In this document: in pieces, positions 30,279 to 38,516 of the stretch
Layout: each line of letters starts with the position of its first letter
Numbering within the stretch: position 1 is the first letter of the stretch
Virus record (IMG/VR): IMGVR_UViG_3300024258_000005
Source: a virus
Reading direction: 5' to 3' (one strand)
DNA: 64,000 nucleotides
Notes under the pieces: generated by a model
Database searches by the model: none
The model's input: only the letters and a program-made list of their open reading frames with translations
What the model was told of the DNA's origin: nothing
Program-made: the position numbers and the translations under genes

Positions 30279-30911
30279 TTATTGTTGTGTTAAACTATTT
30301 AAATAGTTTTCTGCGCCTTGAACACCTTGCTTAAGATTACCACTTATAGTGTCACCAACATGACCAAGTTTATCACTTAGCTCACTAGCACCTGATTTAA
30401 ATTTATTAGTATAGTCAGCTACTTTATCAATACTAGCATCTTGCATAGTTGTTGTATTATTAGCAACACCAGTAGCATTATTAGCAACACCAGTAGCATT
30501 ATTAGCAACACCAGCAGCATTATTAGCAACACCAGTAGTGTTATTAGCAACACCAGCAGCGTTAGCTACAATTCCTTGGTGAGCATTAGCAACCGATGCC
30601 GCATTATCAGCAATACCAGAATTTGTATGATCTACAAATTGTTTACCAGCATCATAAGCCATTTTACCACCAGCACCAACACCAGCTAAAGCACCAGCAC
30701 CAACTAAACGTTGACCCCAACCTTCTTCTAGAAGATCACGAACACCTTGCATAACTCCTTCTTCAACAAGCATTTTACGAATTTGCATTGTTGATTCATT
30801 AATCATGATTTTACCTTTAAGTAAATCTTTTTCAGACATACCCTCGGCTTCTTCAAGAAGACCTAAAGAATAACGATTACGAACATTTTCTAAGATTAAA
30901 TCTAATTTCAT
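30279..30911 (-). CDS. MKLDLILEN paralogue with ANNATGV repeats
   Basis: Shared N-terminal domain; LVGAGALAGVGAGG segment; 21-bp tandem repeats at about 30455-30566. Confidence 0.6.
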   Translation of the reverse strand: MKLDLILENVRNRYSLGLLEEAEGMSEKDLLKGKIMINESTMQIRKMLVEEGVMQGVRDLLEEGWGQRLVGAGALAGVGAGGKMAYDAGKQFVDHTNSGIADNAASVANAHQGIVANAAGVANNTTGVANNAAGVANNATGVANNATGVANNTTTMQDASIDKVADYTNKFKSGASELSDKLGHVGDTISGNLKQGVQGAENYLNSLTQQ

Positions 30912-30921
30912 CCGAATCTCC

Positions 30922-31464
30922 TTATTTCAAGTTCGCAAGGATTCTTGCAACAACTGTACTTGATTCTTCAAGTAATGCAGCTTCTTCAGCAACAACTTCA
31001 GACTCTTCGATTACTGGAGCTACTTCAGCTTCTTCAGCAACAACTTCAGACTCTTCGATTACTGGAGCTACTTCAGCTACTTCAGCAGGAACTTCTGATT
31101 CTTGCATTGGAGCCACTGCAGGAACTATTTCTTCTTCTGGCATTTCTTCATAACCTTCTTCCTCTTCAGGTTCACCATCTACAGGAATAAGTTGACCATC
31201 TTGGAATACATATTTGTTCCCAACAGCATCAAATAATTCAATTGGTGGCAATTCTTCTTCAGCATCAGGAACGTTAAGTTCATCAGGAATAAAATCTTCA
31301 GCCGCCTCTGTAATTACATCAGCACATAGATTGTGATAAAACTCTGCTTCTTCTAGAGTAACAGTACCATTTTTACTTAAGTGTCCAAGTACCATAGAAT
31401 TACCCATGTTAGTTGAAGTTTCTTCTAATACACCCGCAAGTGTTTGAGCGAAATATTCGTTCAT
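30922..31464 (-). CDS. Highly acidic putative prohead scaffold/core protein
   Basis: Very Glu-rich with multiple L/I-x-E sites and a duplicated 16-aa unit (EVAPVIEESEVVAEEA, 48-bp repeat at about 30980-31080). Confidence 0.5.
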   Translation of the reverse strand: MNEYFAQTLAGVLEETSTNMGNSMVLGHLSKNGTVTLEEAEFYHNLCADVITEAAEDFIPDELNVPDAEEELPPIELFDAVGNKYVFQDGQLIPVDGEPEEEEGYEEMPEEEIVPAVAPMQESEVPAEVAEVAPVIEESEVVAEEAEVAPVIEESEVVAEEAALLEESSTVVARILANLK

Positions 31465-31582
31465 TATATTTTCCTTTTGGCTTTCGCCTATTTAAGTTTT
31501 TTATTATTTGAGCTTTTTTTGATTTAAGATTTAAGAATTTATATCTAATCATTTGTTATCTAAGTTAAAATTTTGCCAAGAA

Positions 31583-32644
31583 TTAATTAAATAATTGTAA
31601 TTGACAGTTTGATAATTGACTAAATCTAAATGTAGTTAAACTGATATCTAAATCAAATACATAGTAAGGTACTAGTGTTCCATCAATATCTTTATCAATT
31701 ACCATTTCAGGTGTTACTAAAGGAATTTCAATAAACTCTACTCTAGCATCGTTTATAGTTGAATCATCTACCATAAAAATAGATACAGGTAATCCAAGTA
31801 TTTGATAATCAGATACAGGAACTTGTAATTGATTCAAATCTATATCGAAATCACCTTCTTCTAATATATAACTTCTTTTAAGTTTATTCTGTCTATCACT
31901 AAAAATATCATTATTCATATCAATTAAAATAGGTAAATCTTTACTACCATCAACTATATTACCAACAATTTGTATACCATTTACAATTCGATTATCAATA
32001 GTAACATTTCCTATAACATTAGGAACCTTTAATCGCACTTCGATATTAACATTGATTGAATTCTCACCATCAACATTCTTATTTTTTTGAATTGAATTTA
32101 CTCTAAATATAGGAGAGATTTCATATAATGCATATCCTTCTATTTTCTGATTAGTTGTTCTATAATACAAACCTTCTGTATCATCAACTGTATCCCAATC
32201 TTTAATAAAATCATCTACATGTATATAAGCATTGTACTTATAACTATAGAACATCATATTCTTAGGAAACGCACTTATAAGTTGGTTATGGTAATTTAAT
32301 ATATCACTAACACCAGATAAGTTAATTTTTATATCCATTTGAATAGTGACCCATTTAAAGTCAATTATTACAGAATCTTGTTTAGTATGGTTACTCGCAA
32401 CTGCCATAGTAGTATCAGCGTTATGCTGAACCGCAATATAACGAAAGAAATCTCTATTATCATCAGTTGTTATATCAGTAAGGTTTACCATACACATAGG
32501 ATATTTTTTAACATGATCTTCATATAATTTATAATTTAGATAAGCTTTATCTGCATATGAAAACTGATAATGTTGTATGTTTGGAAAGGTACTACTTATA
32601 AACTTTTTAAAAGATTTTAAGTAGTCCAGGTAATATGAATACAT
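31583..32644 (-). CDS. Putative tail terminator / tail completion protein (T4 gp15-like)
   Basis: YQFSYADKAYL...YPMCMVNLTDI...IQMDIKI...ILNYHNQLISAF loosely parallels gp15 PITYASKE..LPR.NL.L.D...F.LSI..R...D..QI.EQILP.F; located in the head-tail joining region. Confidence 0.45.
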   Translation of the reverse strand: MYSYYLDYLKSFKKFISSTFPNIQHYQFSYADKAYLNYKLYEDHVKKYPMCMVNLTDITTDDNRDFFRYIAVQHNADTTMAVASNHTKQDSVIIDFKWVTIQMDIKINLSGVSDILNYHNQLISAFPKNMMFYSYKYNAYIHVDDFIKDWDTVDDTEGLYYRTTNQKIEGYALYEISPIFRVNSIQKNKNVDGENSINVNIEVRLKVPNVIGNVTIDNRIVNGIQIVGNIVDGSKDLPILIDMNNDIFSDRQNKLKRSYILEEGDFDIDLNQLQVPVSDYQILGLPVSIFMVDDSTINDARVEFIEIPLVTPEMVIDKDIDGTLVPYYVFDLDISLTTFRFSQLSNCQLQLFN

Positions 32645-32645
32645 T

Positions 32646-33062
32646 TTATTCTCCTAAAAAGATATTTAAATCTATGTCATCTGTACTCGCATAAAATAGT
32701 GAATGATTTATATCACCCTTATAATCACGATGTAAAATTAAAATAGTAGTTGCTTCAAAGATAATTCTAGTTATGTTTAACTTATTAAAATCATCACCTA
32801 CTTCCCATGTTTGATATTTAGCTGCTTGAACTCTGTCTTTTATAATAATTTTATTATCTACTATGTTAAAAAACTTATTATTGTTATTATATATCTTTTC
32901 TAAATCTCTAATAAAATTCATTTTTAAATTATAATTTTCATTCAGATATTTATAATTTGCACTTAGTCTATAACGATTACAGTCATTAGACATTTTCAAG
33001 TACACATAAGGCACTGACCGATGCATTATCGGAACCTTGATACTTTGATACTCATTTTCCAT
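32646..33062 (-). CDS. Hypothetical protein
   Basis: 138 aa ORF with RBS. Confidence 0.5.
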   Translation of the reverse strand: MENEYQSIKVPIMHRSVPYVYLKMSNDCNRYRLSANYKYLNENYNLKMNFIRDLEKIYNNNNKFFNIVDNKIIIKDRVQAAKYQTWEVGDDFNKLNITRIIFEATTILILHRDYKGDINHSLFYASTDDIDLNIFLGE

Positions 33063-33080
33063 TTTATATTCCTACTTAAT

Positions 33081-33225
33081 GATCTTTAAAGATCGTTTTA
33101 TTTTTAGATATTTTCTATCTTTAAAGATAGAAAATTCGCGATCTAAAAGGATCAGAAAAGTTACCATAGAAATATTTTATTTTATTTCTATGGTAACTTT
33201 TTTTCTGACCCCAAAAGATAGAAAA
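33081..33225. repeat. Intergenic element: GATC-N6-GATC palindromes plus inverted GTTACCATAGAAAT pair
   Basis: GATC pairs at 33081 and 33140; motif pair at 33159-33173 and 33184-33198. Confidence 0.8.
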
Positions 33226-33238
33226 CAAATCTCTTAAA

Positions 33239-36200
33239 TTAGAGATTTGCTTCGAGACCTGCACCTTGAAAGAATATTTTAATCATATTTAAAGATGTTA
33301 AATCTTCAGATTCGATATCAATATCAAACGATTCAGGTATTTCATTGTTTCTAACAATTTCATTAATCATTTTCTTTTTAGCTTTACTAGCATCCGACTT
33401 CATAGCATGCATTTCTTTTATAAGACCATAAGGTCTTTTTGAAAGTAATGAATTCATATCGTATAGACCAATCTTAATAGCACCGGTACCTTCTTTAGTA
33501 CCACTTCGACCTTGACCAGTTATCCAGTTCTTAGAAGTATTTAAAGAACCACGAGTTGATGACATTGCTTGAGGAAAATGTTCTAGCATATTGATTGGTA
33601 AGATACCAACAGGAACTGCTCTAGTTGTAACAATACCATTATTTTCAAGAATCTTAACTTTCTCATTCAAAGGGACACCAAGTACATCAGCAGCTTTTTG
33701 GATATTAGAAATAGTTAACTTATTTTTAAATGGTGGTACAATAGCAGGGAATGCTGGATTATTTAAAGGATGACTATTATTGATAATTTTAGAGATTTCT
33801 TTTGTTGATTTTTTAAAGAACTCATTAAGTTGTTCAATTATAATATGATCTTTTGTTTCATCCAAATGACCAAACACTTCCATAACTAGTTTTTTAATAG
33901 CTAAAATTTTACCTTGTTTATTAAGTTCTAAACAAGCTTCATTAAGATAATAAATAACTTTACCTAAGTACATGGCTAGAAGTATACTAGGATTCTTACG
34001 AGAAATAATACTCAGAGGAGTACCAATAAATTCAATCTTAAGTCCAGTTTCCTCTGCAATAGGTTCCATATCTTTACCCATAACATATTGAACAGTACCT
34101 TTACCACCTGAACTAGTCAGTGTAAACTTTGAACCATTAATAACAGGATTAACCTTTTCAATATAAACTTCAATAATAGCTCCATCAATTTCTTCTTGAT
34201 TGAACTTATGACCACCAATAGTTAATGTTTCAGAATTTTCTAAATGTCCAATACAATCAATATAATCATCATTATTGTCGGTATCAGCTTTACATGCGGC
34301 AGCTTTTTTAGAAATAGTATCAGTTGTTTGTGAATGTAATGCTAAAATTGGTTTAGGTAATTTTTTAGTATTTAATTTAACAACGATTTCTTTTATTGTT
34401 CCACCAGGACTAAGATAAGTCTTAGTTAAACCGTCTTGAACTAATCCAACCATTGTAGATTCTTCATCGTCCTCAAGGTCATCATCAATAAATTCTTCTG
34501 ATGTATTATACTTTATTAAAACATCACCTGCTTTCGTAATATTACCTTGTTTTAAATTTAATTCTGATAATTTAGCACCAGTTGTAAATTTAATATTAAT
34601 CTTTTGAAGAACTTTATTAGAAAATTTATCAGTCAGTGTATCACTAACAACCCAACCATCTTCATAATTCATTCCAAGATATCCCATCTCTGCAACAACA
34701 AGGTTTTTACCAATAGCTAACTTACCTGTTTTAAGTGAATCTGTTGTAGCTAAGATTTGACCTTCTTTAACTTTCTCACCAGCGCTTACTAAAGAACTAT
34801 ATTTTGTAGCAATATAAATACCACGCTTTGTACGCGATTTAACAGGTGTTATAGCGATAGTTTCTACTGACTTATCATTGTATTGCACTTTGATAGTTTC
34901 ACTTGTAATCGCTTTAATAACGCCTTCTTTCTTAGCTTTCTTAGAAAATCTATCTGAAACTAAATGAGGAACATAACTTTCAAAACCTGTTTGAACTAAA
35001 GGAACATCCGGCTTCTCAAGTTGAATAAACTGAGCAGTTTGTTGATTACCCATTACACGACGAGTTGTATCATCATATTCAAAGAAAGGACTTAATGATT
35101 CAATAGGACTAAGGTTCTCAAATGCATTACTATCATTAGTAAATTCTCTACGAGAAATTGATCCAAATCTATCATCAATACGTGCACCATTGGTGAGTGT
35201 TTGATTTATACCAATACCACCATACTCATTAGTTGCAGTAGGAGCAATTGTACCAAAATAACTAGGATTTGTATCTCTACGATTAAGAGTAACATCTTGT
35301 TTACGAACGTTACCAATACCTACTTTAGTTACTTTTAAACTTAACATCATTTCCTCAACAGGATTCAACGTTTTAGTGTACTGAAGTATACCAGCATCTA
35401 AAAGATTCTTAATAATATAATCATTTTGCATATATATTTTTTCATTACTTAATTGCTTACGAGCTTTAAATTTAGAAAGTGCTTGATGCATTTGATTATA
35501 AGCTACACTTGTAATAGTCTCAGACATTCTTAAACGATAATTATCTAAATCATATTGACTCTTAGAAGTTCTTTGTCCTAGTAGTTCAACCATTTCATTA
35601 GTGAATACACCTGGTAGATCTGTACTTTGACCAGCATCTTCAAGAATCTTTTTTGTACTTCCATCAATAAATTTATATTCAACATCATATAAATTCTTTG
35701 CAGATGTAGCACCTTGTTTATTAACAATAACTTTCATCATTGCATTGCTAAGACCTTCAAGTGTAGGAGAAAATATTTCATTGTTTAATTTATAAGTGTT
35801 AAGACCATTTGCATAGTTCCATTGGTGCTGATTCTTAGGATATAAACACAAATATTGTCTTGCACCATCTTCTGTTGTAAAGTTCATTACAATACCAGCG
35901 TCATTGTCTTTTTTATCTTTAAATTGAAATTCTAATTTCATAATACCAAATGCAGATTTCATAGTACTTCTATTAATTAAAAGAAATACTGCTAAAGGAA
36001 CATTCTTTCCAAGGATTCTCATTTCATAGAAAGGCTTTGAACTTTTACTCTTTTTAATAATATCTTCACCCGATACTAAATTATTAATTTTATTATATAT
36101 ATTGAAAATAAATTCATTTAAATGAGCTTTGTTGATATGATTAACATCACCATCTTCAGTCTTCGAATAGATATAATCTGATCCACCACGAAGATACGCG

Positions 36201-36337
36201 TACTCTACAATCTCAGAAGTATTTCCAAGTCCCGCTTTTCTTCTTTCATAGAATTGGAGAACTTTAACTTGTTCACCATCTATTGTTTTTGAGACCTCAT
36301 TTTTGAGATCGATTATGTAATCGTTTTTTACAGCCAT
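33239..36337 (-). CDS. Multisubunit RNA polymerase beta-like subunit, central/C-terminal part
   Basis: RDTNPSYFGTIAPTATNE (RpoB RDVHPTHYGR.CP.ETPE), SPFFEYDDTTRRVMGNQQ (IPFLEHDDANRALMG.NMQ), GKNLVVAEMGYLGMNYEDG (GQN..VAFM...GYNFEDS), GSKF....GGKGTV (GDK..GRHGNKGV), GAIKIGLYDM (GGQRFGEME). Confidence 0.9.
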   Translation of the reverse strand: MAVKNDYIIDLKNEVSKTIDGEQVKVLQFYERRKAGLGNTSEIVEYAYLRGGSDYIYSKTEDGDVNHINKAHLNEFIFNIYNKINNLVSGEDIIKKSKSSKPFYEMRILGKNVPLAVFLLINRSTMKSAFGIMKLEFQFKDKKDNDAGIVMNFTTEDGARQYLCLYPKNQHQWNYANGLNTYKLNNEIFSPTLEGLSNAMMKVIVNKQGATSAKNLYDVEYKFIDGSTKKILEDAGQSTDLPGVFTNEMVELLGQRTSKSQYDLDNYRLRMSETITSVAYNQMHQALSKFKARKQLSNEKIYMQNDYIIKNLLDAGILQYTKTLNPVEEMMLSLKVTKVGIGNVRKQDVTLNRRDTNPSYFGTIAPTATNEYGGIGINQTLTNGARIDDRFGSISRREFTNDSNAFENLSPIESLSPFFEYDDTTRRVMGNQQTAQFIQLEKPDVPLVQTGFESYVPHLVSDRFSKKAKKEGVIKAITSETIKVQYNDKSVETIAITPVKSRTKRGIYIATKYSSLVSAGEKVKEGQILATTDSLKTGKLAIGKNLVVAEMGYLGMNYEDGWVVSDTLTDKFSNKVLQKINIKFTTGAKLSELNLKQGNITKAGDVLIKYNTSEEFIDDDLEDDEESTMVGLVQDGLTKTYLSPGGTIKEIVVKLNTKKLPKPILALHSQTTDTISKKAAACKADTDNNDDYIDCIGHLENSETLTIGGHKFNQEEIDGAIIEVYIEKVNPVINGSKFTLTSSGGKGTVQYVMGKDMEPIAEETGLKIEFIGTPLSIISRKNPSILLAMYLGKVIYYLNEACLELNKQGKILAIKKLVMEVFGHLDETKDHIIIEQLNEFFKKSTKEISKIINNSHPLNNPAFPAIVPPFKNKLTISNIQKAADVLGVPLNEKVKILENNGIVTTRAVPVGILPINMLEHFPQAMSSTRGSLNTSKNWITGQGRSGTKEGTGAIKIGLYDMNSLLSKRPYGLIKEMHAMKSDASKAKKKMINEIVRNNEIPESFDIDIESEDLTSLNMIKIFFQGAGLEANL

Positions 36338-37233
36338 GATAATTCCTTATTAAGTGCTTCATTTAGTATTTTATCTACTATTTTATAATCTTTGTATTTT
36401 ATTCGAAGTATTTGAATATTATTATTATAACAATATTCATTCTTTAATGTATCATTTTTTTGAACTTTTAATAATCCAAGATTTCCTCCAAATTTTGAAG
36501 ATTCTTTAAAATGCTGTTTACCATCATATTCAATACAAATATTATGTTCAGGCAAATAAAAATCAAATCTTAGGTTTCCTAAATCAATAAATTTTTTTTC
36601 TCGAATAAATTTATAATTGTATTTTTTTAAATAATTATAAATTTTTAATTCACCTTTTGATAAATTACATGTTGGACAACCTACACCGTTTAAATGATCA
36701 TTGGCACACTGCAAATAATCACCATGAATTTTACATGTTATAAAACTTTTTTTATATGTTCCACTATAAAAAAAGTTTTCATATGTATATAAATTATTAT
36801 GTTTTATTTTAGCTTTTTGTTCAAAATCTTTTAATGTATGCATTTGGGAACATTTAAAACAAGCTGAACCTGCAAGGTGAACAGAAGGTGTTTGATTAAA
36901 TTCTCCATGAATAGGACATATAATGATTCCTTTTTTATACGATTTAGTGTATAAAAATTTTGAATAATTATAGGTATTTTTATGTATAACATTTGATTTT
37001 ATTATAAAATCTTCTAATTTTGCAACTTGTTGATTAATACACTGCTTACAACAACCAGTTCTTGAATATATATGTTTATACGGAGTGGTTGTAAATTCAC
37101 CGTGAATTTTACAAATTATAATAATATTTGATGTATTATTTTTATATTCAACTTTGGAATAATCATAATTTCCTAAATGAATTTTTTTTGATAAGGTTAA
37201 AAACTTTAAACATCTAACATTAAGTTTAGCCAT
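36328..37233 (-). CDS. Homing endonuclease-like protein: repeated Zn-binding ICxIHGEF motifs + DUF559/Vsr-like nuclease
   Basis: Three I/T-CxIHGxF/Y...H...GC..C-type repeats; SKGE..I...L...LRFDFYLPEHNICIEYDGKQHF; overlaps the RNAP start by 10 nt. Confidence 0.8.
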   Translation of the reverse strand: MAKLNVRCLKFLTLSKKIHLGNYDYSKVEYKNNTSNIIIICKIHGEFTTTPYKHIYSRTGCCKQCINQQVAKLEDFIIKSNVIHKNTYNYSKFLYTKSYKKGIIICPIHGEFNQTPSVHLAGSACFKCSQMHTLKDFEQKAKIKHNNLYTYENFFYSGTYKKSFITCKIHGDYLQCANDHLNGVGCPTCNLSKGELKIYNYLKKYNYKFIREKKFIDLGNLRFDFYLPEHNICIEYDGKQHFKESSKFGGNLGLLKVQKNDTLKNEYCYNNNIQILRIKYKDYKIVDKILNEALNKELSWL

Positions 37234-37281
37234 ATTATTTCCTTTGTTCTGCTCTTAACATTTTTTCAGAACTTGTCAAGT

Positions 37282-37377
37282 TTAAAGGGATTTTGGTTTA
37301 CCAGTTTTCACTCGCTCCTCCACACCTAATCTATCTGCTTCTAGAAGAAGCTCAGTTTTATTTATTATTAATTTCAT
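37282..37377 (-). CDS. Tiny LLLE-leader ORF (missed by the track; possibly frameshifted)
   Basis: MKLIINKTELLLEADRLGVEERVKTGKPKSL*; one extra A would extend it to a stop at 37235 abutting the next ATG. Confidence 0.45.
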   Translation of the reverse strand: MKLIINKTELLLEADRLGVEERVKTGKPKSL

Positions 37378-37378
37378 A

Positions 37379-38515
37379 TTATGCCTTTATATTATTATTT
37401 TTACTATATGTTATTGTACCTGCATCATAAATTGTTCGACCATTCTCTATTATAAATTCAGGATCGTTGATACTTAAAATACTATAACCCAATTTTTTTA
37501 ACCAATTACCATTATCAATTAATAAATCAACTATAACTTCATTGTCAGTTGGTTCTAGGGGTTCATGTGTTAAATATAATAAAATTAAATGTTTTATATC
37601 ATCAATGTTATTTTCATCCATGTGAAATAATTGTATATTTTTATGTAAACATTCAATTGATTTTTCTTGTTTATGAAACATTTGATAATTTAAATCACTT
37701 TGCTTATTACTAACATTTTTTGAAAGCTCACTACAATAACTATGCCAATAATTACCATTAAATTCAATAGCAATATTTAAATCAGGAATAAAAATATCAA
37801 GTTCAGATGATATAATAGTTCTACTATTTTTTATAATATTAGAAATATCACAATCTTCTAACCAATCAATCAGTTCATATTCAACTAAACTTACACCCGT
37901 TCGTTTAACATATTTAATATCTAAGTCAACTAGTTTCCTATTGGCAGCTGTTTGTTGACAATTAAAGAACATTTTAAATTCTGATAATTTAAAATGTTCT
38001 TTCTCATCTATAAAATTTTTTATTATAAAATCTTTATCAAACCAATAATCATAATTGGTTAAATGCTGATTAAATACATGTTGATTATTGTACATCAAGT
38101 TAATCGTTTTATTATATGAATCTTTCATTTTTTTATTTAAATCAATATTTTGCAATGCGTGTTCAACACCATAATTTTTTAGTAGTGTCATTTTTCTTTT
38201 ATTTTGTACATCTTTATCCAAATTTGTACATCTTTGTGAACAGAAATCACTAAACCCTTTTTTAAGTGTTCTAAATTTTACCTGTTGTTCACACTCTATT
38301 CGTTTACATACCAAATCATTTTCTTTTATATTATTTTTAATGATATAATTTCTAACACTTAAATGATTTGAACCATAATCTGTATAAAATAAGGTGTCAA
38401 CAATCAATTGTTTAATTGATTGTTGAATAATATCGTTATTTATATATGCTTCTTTTGTTAAAAGACCTGTTAATAAATTTCCACTTTTATTTTTTAAAAT
38501 GTGAAATTTATCCAT
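37379..38515 (-). CDS. Homing endonuclease-like protein (KYG-type N-terminus + PD-(D/E)XK nuclease)
   Basis: CKRIECE..V.F...FSDFCSQRC; ELDIFIPDLNIAIEFNGNYWHS. Confidence 0.75.
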   Translation of the reverse strand: MDKFHILKNKSGNLLTGLLTKEAYINNDIIQQSIKQLIVDTLFYTDYGSNHLSVRNYIIKNNIKENDLVCKRIECEQQVKFRTLKKGFSDFCSQRCTNLDKDVQNKRKMTLLKNYGVEHALQNIDLNKKMKDSYNKTINLMYNNQHVFNQHLTNYDYWFDKDFIIKNFIDEKEHFKLSEFKMFFNCQQTAANRKLVDLDIKYVKRTGVSLVEYELIDWLEDCDISNIIKNSRTIISSELDIFIPDLNIAIEFNGNYWHSYCSELSKNVSNKQSDLNYQMFHKQEKSIECLHKNIQLFHMDENNIDDIKHLILLYLTHEPLEPTDNEVIVDLLIDNGNWLKKLGYSILSINDPEFIIENGRTIYDAGTITYSKNNNIKA

Positions 38516-38516
38516 A

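Noticed and set aside
36338-38516. Group I/II intron or intein interrupting the RNAP beta gene
   Set aside because: No recognisable P/Q/R/S core or intein Cys...His-Asn ends. Both halves have their own start/stop and the interval is filled by ORFs. Splicing cannot be fully excluded without RT-PCR.
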